Below are positions 63,254-64,000 of a stretch of 64,000 nt of DNA, in pieces. The DNA is taken from NCBI GenBank assembly GCA_903813345.2, contig CAIIXF020000001.1, positions 47,864,001 through 47,928,000 of the forward strand, given 5' to 3'. The DNA comes from Owenia fusiformis. Its lineage: Eukaryota. Positions within the stretch are counted from its first letter, which is position 1. Each line of letters opens with the position of its first letter. The notes below the pieces were generated by a model, which saw only the letters and a list, made by a program, of their open reading frames with translations, was not told the DNA's origin and ran no database searches. The position numbers and the translations under genes are program-made.

Positions 63254-64000
63254 TTATGACCCCCATAGATTACTGTCCTCTGCCTCGCCATTGGTAGAGG
63301 CCTATTTACAACTACCTTCCTTACTTGTACCTTTATTGAAATCGACCAAGTTTACGAGTTTATAATTTTACACGTTCACGTACATGTTTACTTAAAACGT
63401 ATAGCGTAACATCCCTATTATGTATCCACATGGTTGCAATTAAAAAAGTGTAACAATTTGTCACAACAGTGCTGAAACTAACGAAAACCAGTCACACTAT
63501 GGTGGCTCTGTTTCAAAACGTCTTGGTACTGACTGCTATGGCAACATCTAGATATTGTGTGAACAATATGACATGCATAAATTGTCTGGTATCGTGGTCA
63601 CCCCCCCCCCCCCCCCAAAAAATGAATGGCCTTGGATTATATATAAAATACTGATAAGAAATTAAAGAAGGCCCATGATTCGAAGCCTAAGGATCCGGAG
63701 ATATCAATTATAGATAATGATGACAGCCAATTTCAAGATGACACCATATCTATTAGTTCTTTAATGATAGCTCAAAATACAAGCAAAAACTGAAAACCAT
63801 TAACAGATTGCGCCCACCATATTGGGCAAGTACAAGTACAATCTGAAATGCCAAAAACATTCAATTTCTCTTGACTAGATTGTTTAAATTATTTTTCAAA
63901 TATTCAAATACTCCACAATACATAAAACACATAGCATTTTTTCTTTTAACAATTTTATCCTTGGCTGTGTTTTTTGGACATAATAGCCAAATTTTTACAC

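Overview
AT-rich, intron-rich eukaryotic DNA. Gene structure and repeat content suggest an invertebrate animal, but the taxon cannot be fixed from sequence alone. About 55 kb of the window is one minus-strand locus, reconstructed by hand from 13 GT-AG exons with matching phases (54960 to 443, probably continuing off the left edge). The model encodes a C2H2-type zinc finger and a Ser/Pro-rich low-complexity region, followed by at least 2.5 tandem calmodulin-like modules (10 EF-hand loops in the window, about 716 aa). Each module keeps calmodulin-type exon boundaries (31-nt and 144-nt exons, phase-1 junctions). Its introns hold several candidate alternative first exons that would give short EF-hand-only isoforms with basic N-termini. 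The third module has a 2-nt frameshift (142-nt exon instead of 144 nt). The introns are full of non-autonomous DNA elements: two deleted mariners, 5-bp-TSD hAT-like MITEs, a CACTG/3-bp-TSD element, TTAA-flanked elements, a 9-bp-TSD MITE and long palindromes. Several sequence-divergent elements share an asymmetric inverted repeat plus a foldback that carries strand-specific GA/GA mismatches and GNA-type loops. Most short ORFs in the supplied track are not credible genes. All splice models are inferred without transcript evidence.
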